Shown here: piece after piece, positions 11,060-20,090 of the stretch | Position numbering within the stretch: the first letter of the stretch is position 1 | How the letters are laid out: every line of letters begins with the position of its first letter | Assembly (NCBI GenBank): GCA_031423615.1 | Contig: JANPFV010000082.1 | Location: 4,208-68,207, forward strand | Reading direction: 5' to 3' | Length of the DNA stretch: 64,000 nt | DNA from: Candidatus Omnitrophota bacterium | Lineage (GTDB): Bacteria; Omnitrophota; Gorgyraeia; Zapsychrales; JANLHA01 | Made by a program: the position numbers and the translations under genes | The notes under the pieces: model-generated | What the model was told of the DNA's origin: nothing | The model's database searches: none | What the model saw: only the letters and a program-made list of their open reading frames with translations

Positions 11060-11626
11060 TTATTCTTGTTTAATAGCAACCTTCACCTTGGCGGTTCTTA
11101 CAACCCGGTCACCGAGGGTATATCCTTTTTGCAACTCCTCTATGACCGTCCCTTCTTCTTTGTCCGACGGTTCCTGCATTAAAACCTCGTGACTGTGCGG
11201 ATCAAAGAGTTTTCCTGTAGCTTCGAGCGGCTTGACATTATTTTTACGCAGCAATTCATGGATCCGCGCCATGACCATTTCAACGCCTTTTAAAAAAGCC
11301 TGCTGGTCTTGATGATTTGCCTTGGCCGCGATAACCACCCGTTCCAGATCGTCTAAAATATGTAAAAAATCAGCGATCAAACCTTCATTCGCATACTTTA
11401 CAAATTCACTGCGTTCCCGGTCGGAACGTTTGCGCGCATTGTCAAACTCGGCAAGAAGACGAAGATATTTATCTTTATACTCGTCTAATTCCTTGCTGAG
11501 CTTGCCATGGTCCTCGCTGTTAACCGTGCCCATCTCCTCCGGCACATCCTGCGGAATCACCGCTTCTTTTTCATCCTTCTTATTTTCTTCATTCATTTCC
11601 ATCATCAATCCCTCACACCACTTCAT
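11060..11626 (-). CDS. grpE: Nucleotide exchange factor GrpE.
   Basis: GrpE coiled-coil plus a C-terminal beta domain (VIEELQKGYTLGDRVVRTAKV). Confidence 0.9.
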   Translation of the reverse strand: MKWCEGLMMEMNEENKKDEKEAVIPQDVPEEMGTVNSEDHGKLSKELDEYKDKYLRLLAEFDNARKRSDRERSEFVKYANEGLIADFLHILDDLERVVIAAKANHQDQQAFLKGVEMVMARIHELLRKNNVKPLEATGKLFDPHSHEVLMQEPSDKEEGTVIEELQKGYTLGDRVVRTAKVKVAIKQE

Positions 11627-12344
11627 TCATGACTTTTGCCAAATAATTTAAAGTACAAACCACCCGTGAATAATCCATGCGGGTCGGCCCCAAAACCGCA
11701 ATACGTCCCGTCGGGCCGCTGTGCGTCTGATAACGCGAAACCGCCAGCGAGCATCCTTCAATATCCGCGCAGGCAATTTCATGACCGATATAAATCTTGA
11801 TCCTTTGCTCAAGCCCGCGATTGATCACTTGCAAAAGGTTTTCTTTCTCTTCCAGCGCACAAAGAATGTTCCCGATCTTTTTAACGTCGTGATATTCCGG
11901 ATATTCCACAACATAGCTTGTGCCCCGGCAAAAAATCTTGCCGCTCCAGCCGTCTACCGAAATAATGCTCGTATAATGCGTCAAATCAGAAATCATTTGC
12001 GAAGTTTTTTCCAAAGTGCTTTCCAAGTCCCGCATTTTTTCATCATATTCCTGTTTAATCCGGACCTTCTCTTCTTCTAAAAGCTGGATTTCCTTCATCA
12101 AATTATCAACATAATACCGGTATCCCTTTTGTGTGGGTAAACGGCCCGCCGAAGTATGCGGATGCGTCAAAAGGCCGTCATCTTCCAATTCCGCCAAGAT
12201 ATTGCGAATGGTAGCTGGGCTGAGATCCAAATGGTGCTCGTCGACAATGTAACTTGAGCTGACCGGCGTGATCGTCTTAATATAAGAATTAACGACAATC
12301 CCCAGAACCCGCTCTTTACGTTGTTTATAAATTATTTCTTTCAT
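11613..12344 (-). CDS. hrcA: Heat-inducible transcription repressor HrcA (short form, 243 aa).
   Basis: N-terminal wHTH and the signature HTSAGRLPTQKGYRYYVD. Confidence 0.8.
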   Translation of the reverse strand: MKEIIYKQRKERVLGIVVNSYIKTITPVSSSYIVDEHHLDLSPATIRNILAELEDDGLLTHPHTSAGRLPTQKGYRYYVDNLMKEIQLLEEEKVRIKQEYDEKMRDLESTLEKTSQMISDLTHYTSIISVDGWSGKIFCRGTSYVVEYPEYHDVKKIGNILCALEEKENLLQVINRGLEQRIKIYIGHEIACADIEGCSLAVSRYQTHSGPTGRIAVLGPTRMDYSRVVCTLNYLAKVMNEVV

Positions 12345-12359
12345 CTTTTCCCTTTACCA

Positions 12360-12386
12360 TTAGCACTCATTTAGAAAGATTGCTAA
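12360..12386. promoter_or_regulatory. CIRCE operator (HrcA binding site), 16 nt upstream of the hrcA start.
   Basis: TTAGCACTC-N9-GATTGCTAA, which is 17/18 matches to the CIRCE consensus TTAGCACTC-N9-GAGTGCTAA. Confidence 0.75.
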
Positions 12387-12396
12387 TTTGCGCCGT

Positions 12397-12424
12397 ATTA
12401 TAACAAAGACGAATATGTTGTCAA
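12397..12424 (-). promoter_or_regulatory. Sigma70-type promoter of the hrcA-grpE-dnaK-dnaJ operon.
   Basis: Minus strand TTGACA, a 16-nt spacer, then TATAAT; CIRCE begins right after the -10 element. Confidence 0.6.
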
Positions 12425-12489
12425 CACTTTCGAAGGAGCTAGCTTTAGCATAAACACTCTTTATGTATCCGTCCTCATTCTTGCGCTTC

Positions 12490-13197
12490 TTACTCGCTGG
12501 ACTTTTCGCCATCGGTTCTTTTTAAGGCCTCCGCGAGAACAATGAGCTCTTGAAGGTAGGCCTCGGCCGCGGTGACGTTGTATTCCAGAATCAGAAGCGA
12601 CGGCTTGAGTCCTCCTATAGAATGAAATTCCAAAGAGATCACCCCATCGACAATCTGTAAAGACATCAGAGGATGTCCCCGCGAATCCCGATTTTTATAC
12701 GAGGTAAACAACTTGAGCATTTTGGGATCATTGAAAAAATTGTTGGCCCACTGCGGATTGTTCGTATAGGCGTGAAATTCTTCGAGAGCCTTGGGTAACC
12801 GCACTTGTCCTACAAAAGTCCCCCATCGGGCGTTAGAAACATCGTCCAAGGTTTGCGCATTGGAGCGGATTTGGGTCCGGGCGCGCTCGGAAAAAGTCAG
12901 ATTCAATCTCCCGGGGGTCTTAACTTTCAAAAATCCCAGATGGCTGGTTGTACCGGGCCGCAATCCGGACAGCTCGATTTCTTCATACAGACATTCATAT
13001 CCGCGGTATTTAAAATTGATGCGAAAAGAGTTATCGTGCTCCGCAATAGGAATCAGTTCTCCCTCAAAGAAATGCGCCATAGCCTGCAAATAATCATTAC
13101 GCTGTTTCTTTTCTCCGGTCGAAGAACGGATCATAAAATAAACGAGTCCACCGGTCAAAAGGATAAAAACAAGTATAATCACTGGCATCATAGACAT
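12490..13197 (-). CDS. Hypothetical membrane-anchored protein with one N-terminal TM helix, located between clpB and hrcA.
   Basis: Long ORF in operon context; I recognised no conserved motif. Confidence 0.45.
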   Translation of the reverse strand: MSMMPVIILVFILLTGGLVYFMIRSSTGEKKQRNDYLQAMAHFFEGELIPIAEHDNSFRINFKYRGYECLYEEIELSGLRPGTTSHLGFLKVKTPGRLNLTFSERARTQIRSNAQTLDDVSNARWGTFVGQVRLPKALEEFHAYTNNPQWANNFFNDPKMLKLFTSYKNRDSRGHPLMSLQIVDGVISLEFHSIGGLKPSLLILEYNVTAAEAYLQELIVLAEALKRTDGEKSSE

Positions 13198-13262
13198 AAG
13201 GGCAAAGTTAAAACATTATATTGAAATATCAATCCCTCAGGAATATATTTTCCGTTTTTTGC

Positions 13263-15842
13263 TTACGCCTTAAGGACTTTAAAATCCAACGTTCCCTTCG
13301 CCGCTGTGACTTCAATCCGGTCCTTTTCTTTCACCCGGCCATCTAATAGCATAAGAGCAATTGGGTCCTGGACCATTTTCTGGATGGCGCGGTTTAAAGG
13401 CCGCGCTCCGTAAACAGGATCATACCCGGCCTGCGCCAAAACATCCTTGGCCGAAGATTTAAGCTCGAAACCGATATTCCTTTGCGCCAAACGCAGCGCG
13501 AGGTTTTTGATTTGAATGTCGACGATTTTTGTAATATCTTTTTGCGACAAACGATTGAAGATAATTTTTTCGTCGATCCGGTTCAAAAATTCCGGGCGAA
13601 AAGAATTTCTCAGCGCGTCCTCAATGCGCCGGCTGATCTCTTTTTTGTCCTCAATATCCGCGATGACGTCGGAGCCGATATTGGATGTCATAATAATAAT
13701 CGTGTTTTTAAAATTGACGATCCGTCCCTGTCCATCGGTCAAACGGCCGTCGTCTAAAATCTGTAGGAGCGCATTGAACACATCGCTATGGGCCTTTTCG
13801 ATTTCATCAAACAAAATGACCGCGTAGGGCCGTCGACGCACCGCTTCCGTCAACTGACCGCCCTCTTCATACCCCACATAACCCGGAGGCGCGCCGATCA
13901 AACGCGAGACGCTGTGTTTTTCCATATATTCGCTCATGTCAATGCGAATCACCGCATCGGCGTTATCGAACAAAAACCAGGCCAGGGATTTTGCCAGCTC
14001 GGTCTTTCCTACACCCGTGGGACCCACAAAAAGAAAAGTCCCGATAGGACGATTGGGATTACTCAGACCCGCCCGCGAACGGCGAATAGCGCAAGCTATC
14101 AAGTCGATGGCTTCATCCTGTCCGACGACCCTTTCTTTCAAAACTTTTTCAATACTGATGAGTTTTTCCGTTTCGCCTTCCAGCAATTTGGTGATCGGGA
14201 TGCGCGTCCATTTGGAAACAATTTCGGCAATGTCCTGATCATCAACTTCCTCCTTAAGCAGAAGGCCTTCTTTTTGCAAACGGTTCAATTCTTTATTCTG
14301 GGCGACCAAGTCTTTTTCCAAATCCACTAAAAGACCGTAACGGATTTCAGCGACACGCCCTAAATTCCCGATCTTTTCCGCCTTGGCTTCTTCCAGTTTT
14401 AAAGATTCGATCTGGGACTTAATGGCACGGATCTTATTAATGACATCTTTCTCACCTTGCCAGCGCAGGCGCAGTTTCTTGTTTTCCGTCTTCAAACTTT
14501 CCAGTTCGCTCTCCAACTTCTTTAACCGATCCCGCGAACCTTCGTCCTTTTCTTTGTTCAACGCCTGACGCTCAATTTCCAGCTGGCGAATGCGGCGTTC
14601 ATTGATATCCAGTTCTTGCGGCATACTGTCGATTTCAATGCGCAGACGTGAAGCGGCCTCGTCGATCAAATCAATGGCTTTGTCGGGAAGAAAGCGTTCG
14701 GTAATGTAGCGATGCGACATTGTGGCCGCCGCAATCAAGGCCGAATCCTGAATACGCACGCCATGGTGGACCTCATAACGCTCTTTGAGGCCGCGTAAAA
14801 TGGCAATCGTGTCTTCAACGCTCGGCTCATTAACCATGACGGGTTGGAAACGCCGTTCCAAGGCCGAATCTTTTTCAATATGCTTGCGGTATTCATCAAG
14901 TGTGGTCGCCCCGATACAGTGCAATGCCCCGCGGGCCAAAGCCGGCTTAAGAAGATTGGAAGCATCCATTGACCCTTCGGCGGCACCGGCGCCGACGATG
15001 GTGTGCAGTTCATCGATAAATAAAATGACTTCGCCGGATTTGGATTCAATCTCTTTTAAGACCGCCTTGAGACGTTCTTCGAATTCCCCGCGGAACTTGG
15101 CTCCGGCGACCAACGCTCCCATATCCAAGGACATGACTTTTTTATTTTTAAGGCCTTCGGGCACATCTCCGGAAAAAATACGCAAAGCCAAACCTTCCGC
15201 AATCGCCGTCTTTCCAACGCCCGGTTCGCCGATTAAAACGGGATTATTCTTTGTGCGCCGGGAAAGGACCTGAATGACGCGGCGAATTTCCTCGTCGCGG
15301 CCAATCACCGGATCCAATTTCCCCTTGCTGGCCAAGTCCGTAAGATCCCGGCTATACTTTTGCAGGGCCTGATATTTTCCTTCGGCGTTAGCGTCGGTCA
15401 CATTCTGGCCGCCGCGTATATTCTTTAAAATCTTTAATACACTTTCTTCTTCAATGCCCTGGCGACGCAATTCCTTGCTGATCGTCGTGTCCCGGTCACG
15501 GTAAAGCGCAAGGAGAATATGCTCCTGAGAAGTAAAATCATCCTTCATGTCTGAGGCGATCTTCTGGGAATCGGTCAAGATTTTGTTCAAACGACCGGAA
15601 AGAAAAGGGGCCTGGCCTTCAACTTGCGGGATTTTTCGAAGTTCATCGTCGAGCAGATTCAAAAGCGGCTGCGCCGGCACCCCGACTTGGTCAAGAATGG
15701 GGACAACGAGACCCTGCTCATCTTTTAATAAAGCCTGCGAAAGGTGGACGGCGTCAATTTGCTGATGATTGTGCTCTTGCGCGATCTGCATGGCGTTCTG
15801 GATCGCTTCCTGACTTTTGACGGTGAATTTATCGAATTTCAT
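13263..15842 (-). CDS. clpB: ATP-dependent chaperone ClpB (Hsp104 family disaggregase).
   Basis: Two AAA+ modules (GEPGVGKT and GPTGVGKT Walker A motifs) with a long middle coiled-coil. Confidence 0.95.
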   Translation of the reverse strand: MKFDKFTVKSQEAIQNAMQIAQEHNHQQIDAVHLSQALLKDEQGLVVPILDQVGVPAQPLLNLLDDELRKIPQVEGQAPFLSGRLNKILTDSQKIASDMKDDFTSQEHILLALYRDRDTTISKELRRQGIEEESVLKILKNIRGGQNVTDANAEGKYQALQKYSRDLTDLASKGKLDPVIGRDEEIRRVIQVLSRRTKNNPVLIGEPGVGKTAIAEGLALRIFSGDVPEGLKNKKVMSLDMGALVAGAKFRGEFEERLKAVLKEIESKSGEVILFIDELHTIVGAGAAEGSMDASNLLKPALARGALHCIGATTLDEYRKHIEKDSALERRFQPVMVNEPSVEDTIAILRGLKERYEVHHGVRIQDSALIAAATMSHRYITERFLPDKAIDLIDEAASRLRIEIDSMPQELDINERRIRQLEIERQALNKEKDEGSRDRLKKLESELESLKTENKKLRLRWQGEKDVINKIRAIKSQIESLKLEEAKAEKIGNLGRVAEIRYGLLVDLEKDLVAQNKELNRLQKEGLLLKEEVDDQDIAEIVSKWTRIPITKLLEGETEKLISIEKVLKERVVGQDEAIDLIACAIRRSRAGLSNPNRPIGTFLFVGPTGVGKTELAKSLAWFLFDNADAVIRIDMSEYMEKHSVSRLIGAPPGYVGYEEGGQLTEAVRRRPYAVILFDEIEKAHSDVFNALLQILDDGRLTDGQGRIVNFKNTIIIMTSNIGSDVIADIEDKKEISRRIEDALRNSFRPEFLNRIDEKIIFNRLSQKDITKIVDIQIKNLALRLAQRNIGFELKSSAKDVLAQAGYDPVYGARPLNRAIQKMVQDPIALMLLDGRVKEKDRIEVTAAKGTLDFKVLKA

Positions 15843-16071
15843 AAGATCCTTTTTAACGCCGTGTGCAAGTTTTGATCTATCGTTAGGATTGGTCCTTGCT
15901 GATTCGACCAGTCCTTTTGAGGCTCATTTGTTTTGCGCCTCTATGGCGCTATTCGCCTCAAAAGAACTGATCGGATCAGCAAAACTTTCACAGCGTGTCT
16001 TTTAAAAAATTTTATTGTCCCGCGACCGCCGGCAGTATCTTACCACCGGCGGCCATAATCGGTTAATGGAT

Positions 16072-16482
16072 TTATTCGCTGATTTCTATTTTGCGCGGTT
16101 TGCTGGATTCCGCTTTGGGAAGAACCAATTCCAAAACTCCATCCTTATAACTCGCGGTGACCTTGGTTTGGTCAATACTTGTTCCCAGCTCGAAACGCCG
16201 CTCGGTAACGCCCACAAAACGTTCCACCCGGGAATAGAACTTTTCTTTTTCTTGATTTTCACTTTTACGTTCCCCGCGAATGATGAGGACATCATTATCG
16301 ATTGAAACGTGAAGTTGCTCCTTCTTCAAACCGGGCAGGTCCGCTTTGACCGTGATATTTTTTTCATCTTCCTTAATATCAACCGCCAAAAAGGGACTCT
16401 CACCTTGCGGGAGGGCCAAACCCCAAAGGGCTTGATTCCAATCGGAATTTCCATTGTGAGCATTGCAGTTTAGGAATCTCAT
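16072..16482 (-). CDS. Small heat-shock protein (Hsp20/alpha-crystallin family); start re-assigned to MRFLNCN.
   Basis: Alpha-crystallin domain (DIKEDEKNITVKADLPG...GVLELVLPK); an AAGGAGG Shine-Dalgarno lies 6 nt before the internal ATG. The 13 codons upstream in the track ORF overlap a regulatory palindrome. Confidence 0.85.
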   Translation of the reverse strand: MRFLNCNAHNGNSDWNQALWGLALPQGESPFLAVDIKEDEKNITVKADLPGLKKEQLHVSIDNDVLIIRGERKSENQEKEKFYSRVERFVGVTERRFELGTSIDQTKVTASYKDGVLELVLPKAESSKPRKIEISE

Positions 16483-16510
16483 ACCAACCTCCTTGTTAAT
16501 GATGTTTAAT

Positions 16511-16537
16511 TTGGCACTCATAGCAGTCTACTGCTAA
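16511..16537. promoter_or_regulatory. Degenerate CIRCE-like inverted repeat containing a perfect 16-bp palindrome TAGCAGTCTACTGCTA, about 28 nt upstream of the hsp20 start.
   Basis: Minus strand reads TTAGCAGTA-N9-GAGTGCCAA (15/18 to the CIRCE consensus); the core palindrome is at 16521-16536. Confidence 0.35.
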
Positions 16538-16554
16538 TTATTTGATAAAAAAAA

Positions 16555-16833
16555 TTATTCTCTTTTTTCAATCTGCAAAATCATTTTGATTCCGCTGATA
16601 TTGACCCGCTTCTTTTCCATTAAATAATGGACATAGTTTAAAAGTTCCACTTGCTTTTGCGAATAACAGCGCGTCTTTTTTCCTATGCGCTGCGGCTTGA
16701 CCACATCCATATCATCCAACTTGCGTAAAGTCCAGATCGGAATACTGACAATCGTACTGACCACACTAATCACATAAACCGGCGCTAAGGGATCAATGTT
16801 GACGCTAAAATTCTGCGGGGTTTCTTTTTTCAT
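16555..16833 (-). CDS. hspR: HspR, a MerR-family heat-shock repressor; start re-assigned to MKKETPQ (92 aa).
   Basis: Close match to the Streptomyces HspR HTH: APVYVISVVS...TLRKLDDMDVVKPQRIGKKTRCYSQKQVELLNYVHYLM...NISGIKMIL. GAGG lies 7 nt upstream of the internal ATG. The track's upstream start codon is TTG and sits immediately after the -10 element. Confidence 0.75.
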   Translation of the reverse strand: MKKETPQNFSVNIDPLAPVYVISVVSTIVSIPIWTLRKLDDMDVVKPQRIGKKTRCYSQKQVELLNYVHYLMEKKRVNISGIKMILQIEKRE

Positions 16834-16859
16834 ATCTCTGCCTCGCTTATCTGATAGAA

Positions 16860-16888
16860 AATATACCATTATCAAATTATATTGTCAA
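16860..16888 (-). promoter_or_regulatory. Near-consensus sigma70 promoter for hspR.
   Basis: Minus strand TTGACA, 17 nt, then TATATT, followed by a short 5' UTR carrying GAGG. Confidence 0.5.
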
Positions 16889-16946
16889 CAAATTTTAATA
16901 ATAATAATTAGATAAACTAACTGACGCCCAGAGGATTTTAAAAAGA

Positions 16947-18206
16947 TCATTTTCGCAAACTGAATTTTTGTAAAAGGCCGGCAAATTTCTTGGGCAAAGA
17001 GACGGACAGACGAGCGGCATCGGAGTCATAAGCAATGGCATGGACATGGCCTTCTTTATGCGCCAAATTAACCAGATCCATGCGGTCCAAAGGCAAGGCG
17101 ACCTCAATAGTTTCCATTAAGGAAGAAAGCTGATCCGCGATTTCCACCAAAAGGCCGGAAATATTTTCTCCGCTGAGCGCAGAAATGGCCACTGGATTCT
17201 TAAACGCGAGCTTAATTTCCGCCAAAAAACTTTTATCGGCAAGACGATCTATTTTATTCAAAACCGTAATCATGGGTTTTTCCTGAGCATCAAGTTCACG
17301 TAAAACCTGATTTACGGAATCATAAAGATTACGAAATTTGGGATGGCTGACATCGAGAACATGAATCAACAGATCGGCGCTGGCCGTTTCTTCGAGGGTG
17401 GCTTTAAAAGATTCAATCAAATGATGAGGTAATTCATGCAAAAATCCGACGGTATCGGAAAGAACAATTTTCTGATGGTTGGGTAAAACAAGCTGACGAG
17501 ACAAAGAATCCAAGGTTGTAAAAAGTCCGTCGTGAGTGACTTGGCCCGCCTGAGTTAAGGTATTGAGCAAGGTGGATTTTCCCGCATTGGTATAGCCCAC
17601 CAGCGAAACCAGCGGGACGCCATCGTCCTGGCGCTTTTTCCGTCTAAGGAGGCGATCCGAACTCACGTCCTGTAAATCTTTTCGTAAACGGTCTACGCGT
17701 TCACGAATACGCCGACGATCAACCTCCAGCTTGGTTTCACCGGGCCCCATAGTGCCGATCCCGCCGCCTAAACGGGACATCTCAACACCCTGTCCAACCA
17801 AACGGGGCAACAGATATTCCAGCTGGGCCAATTCGACCTGCATTTTTCCTTCCTGGCTTTTGGCCCGACGGGCAAAGATGTCTAAAATCAACTGGGTGCG
17901 GTCGATGACTTTTTTTCCGATCGCTTCTTCCAGATTGCGCTGTTGACTGCCTTTTAAGTCATGACTCATGACCACGGTATCCACTCCCGTAGCTTGCGCC
18001 AGTTCAGCGATCTCTTTGACCTTGCCTTCGCCTAAAAAAAGCCCGGCACTGACCTGCTCAATGCGGCATAACATTGTATCCATAACAACCCCCTGACACG
18101 CATTGACCAATTCTTTCATTTCGCCGGCCAAATCATCAAAGGTCCAATTATTCCGTTGGGTCTTGATCTGGATAATAACCAATAAAATTTTTTCTGCGGC
18201 CTTCAT
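16947..18206 (-). CDS. hflX: GTPase HflX.
   Basis: HflX N-terminal domain plus G domain (GYTNAGKSTLLN, DTVGF, NKID). Confidence 0.9.
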   Translation of the reverse strand: MKAAEKILLVIIQIKTQRNNWTFDDLAGEMKELVNACQGVVMDTMLCRIEQVSAGLFLGEGKVKEIAELAQATGVDTVVMSHDLKGSQQRNLEEAIGKKVIDRTQLILDIFARRAKSQEGKMQVELAQLEYLLPRLVGQGVEMSRLGGGIGTMGPGETKLEVDRRRIRERVDRLRKDLQDVSSDRLLRRKKRQDDGVPLVSLVGYTNAGKSTLLNTLTQAGQVTHDGLFTTLDSLSRQLVLPNHQKIVLSDTVGFLHELPHHLIESFKATLEETASADLLIHVLDVSHPKFRNLYDSVNQVLRELDAQEKPMITVLNKIDRLADKSFLAEIKLAFKNPVAISALSGENISGLLVEIADQLSSLMETIEVALPLDRMDLVNLAHKEGHVHAIAYDSDAARLSVSLPKKFAGLLQKFSLRK

Positions 18207-19138
18207 AAATTTTTTATTTCTCCTAATATTTTTGCGGCCACGGCCGACGAGCTTTCATCCTTACGGACCGCGATCCAATGAATGCGCTTATCTTTGCGGA
18301 ACCAGGTCAGCTGTCGTTTGGCAAATCGCCGCGTGTTCATTTTTATCAATTCTTTGACTTCGTTAAGATCACCCTCACCCTTCAAATGGGCTAAAATTTC
18401 CCTGACCCCGATGATCCGGCGAGCCGTCAAGCTGATATTGCGGTCCTCAATGGCTTTGACTTCATCGATGATCCCCTCGGCAAACATCTTTTCTACCCGG
18501 GCATTGATCCGTTCATAAAGTTCCTCGCGTTCCCTTTCAATTCCGAACACGGTCACGGAATATTTGTTCCACAGGCCCGAACAATTTTTCTGCAGCTTCG
18601 AAAGGGGTGTCTGGGTTGTTTGGAAAACTTCTAAAGCGCGGATGGTCCGCCGCACATCGTGGACATGGATTTTGGCCGCCGCGTCCGGATCGGTTATCTT
18701 TAACTCTTCATACAAAACAGCGGCGCCCTCTTTTTTTGCGCGGGCCTCCAGATTTTGCCGCACGAGCGTATTGGGGATGCTTCCTTCAAAAATCCCGTCC
18801 AATAAAACCTGCACATACATTCCGCTCCCCCCGACGATCAAAGGAATTTTCTTGTCTTTTAAAATCTGTTCAACAAGGCCTCTGGCCATTTTATTAAAAA
18901 CCGCCACATCAAATTTTTCTTCGACGGAAACCACATCGAGCAAATGGTGGGAAACTTGCTGGCGTTCCTGAAGCGACGGTTTACTGCTGGCAATCGAAAT
19001 TTCCCGATACACCTGCATCGAATCACAGGAAAGAATCTCGCAAGGCCACTGGGCCGCCAATTTTAAAGCAATGTCGGTTTTACCGGCGCCGGTTGCGCCA
19101 ACAATAAATATTATTTTTTGTGAAACCGGCGATGTCAA
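18203..19138 (-). CDS. miaA: tRNA dimethylallyltransferase.
   Basis: P-loop GATGAGKT and full-length MiaA similarity; conserved miaA-hflX adjacency. Confidence 0.9.
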   Translation of the reverse strand: MTSPVSQKIIFIVGATGAGKTDIALKLAAQWPCEILSCDSMQVYREISIASSKPSLQERQQVSHHLLDVVSVEEKFDVAVFNKMARGLVEQILKDKKIPLIVGGSGMYVQVLLDGIFEGSIPNTLVRQNLEARAKKEGAAVLYEELKITDPDAAAKIHVHDVRRTIRALEVFQTTQTPLSKLQKNCSGLWNKYSVTVFGIEREREELYERINARVEKMFAEGIIDEVKAIEDRNISLTARRIIGVREILAHLKGEGDLNEVKELIKMNTRRFAKRQLTWFRKDKRIHWIAVRKDESSSAVAAKILGEIKNL

Positions 19139-19908
19139 GGATAGATATGGGTAGGATAACCTTGGTTACTCAACCGCTTTTGCATCGTATTGGCCTCGTG
19201 AAGATTTTTTAATTCTCCCACACGGACGCGGTAAAAAACACGGCCTTCGTGATCTTGCGTTTCTACAAGGTAGGCATATTCCCCTTTCCCTTTTAATTCT
19301 TCAACCAAGGCGGTCGCCCTACTCTGATCGAGAAAGGAACCCACCTGGATGGCAAAATATCTTTTTTCTTCTAAGAGCTGCTGCGCGGTGTGGGCTTCCA
19401 AACTTTTTGGAAAATCATGGACCACTTTATTCAAATAGTCCTGGGCCTTTTCCCAGTGGGACAGTTTGAGATGAGCACGCCCCAACTTCAGATAAATAAC
19501 GCTGAGGAATTCCGAATCAGGCCGCTTCATCAAAAACTGCTCCGCCTGTTTCAAATCTTCAGAGAAATCTTGTTCCATTCCCAAGGAATCGATAACACCC
19601 AGCCACGCCTTTTCATAGAGGCTGTCCGACGAGGTGGCGCGCATGACCCGCTTGAAAGCGGCGCGTGCGGCTGAATAATGGGCCAGCCCCAATTCACTGA
19701 TCCCTAAATAATATCGGGCTTGGTTGGTTTCATCAGAAGTGGACTTGCGGGCAATAAACTTTTCCGCCAAGACTTTCGACGTTTTGTAATCTTTTTCGAT
19801 AATCGCCGTCTCGATATCGCTGATGGAAGCAAAACCGCAGAAGAAGCAAAACCCGCAAATCAAAAAAACATTAAAAACATGGGAAGAACGCAAAAAAGAT
19901 TTATTCAT
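19135..19908 (-). CDS. Secreted TPR-repeat protein with a C-terminal SPOR (peptidoglycan-binding) domain.
   Basis: Signal peptide, TPR-like helices, and a C-terminal YFAIQVGSF...YRVRVG SPOR pattern. Confidence 0.6.
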   Translation of the reverse strand: MNKSFLRSSHVFNVFLICGFCFFCGFASISDIETAIIEKDYKTSKVLAEKFIARKSTSDETNQARYYLGISELGLAHYSAARAAFKRVMRATSSDSLYEKAWLGVIDSLGMEQDFSEDLKQAEQFLMKRPDSEFLSVIYLKLGRAHLKLSHWEKAQDYLNKVVHDFPKSLEAHTAQQLLEEKRYFAIQVGSFLDQSRATALVEELKGKGEYAYLVETQDHEGRVFYRVRVGELKNLHEANTMQKRLSNQGYPTHIYP

Positions 19909-20090
19909 GCAGACATATTAACAAAAACGAGGCACTTTATCTATGGGAATTTGCGGGCCTTTCGTATGGGGTGTCAAATTGTCATTCCGCGAAAGCGGAA
20001 ATCGAGGAGGATGTATGCCCGTCAAAAGATTGCGAGGATGACAGGGAATACTTTAAAACATCGCTGGCTGGGTCAAGGGTTTCCGCAAAA

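Noticed and set aside
12440-12465. A second CIRCE-like motif (TTAGCATAAACACTC) upstream of the hrcA promoter.
   Set aside because: It has no matching inverted half-site with N9 spacing. Only the 12360-12386 element fits CIRCE.
15843-16946. Canonical HAIR (CTTGAGT-N7-ACTCAAG) HspR operator.
   Set aside because: I found no match with correct spacing upstream of hspR, hsp20 or clpB, only the loosely related inverted repeats listed as findings.
19985-20000. Hairpin TTCCGC-gaaa-GCGGAA between the SPOR gene and the metB-like gene.
   Set aside because: It is not followed by a clear U-tract on either strand. Possibly a weak terminator or a processing site, but not convincing.
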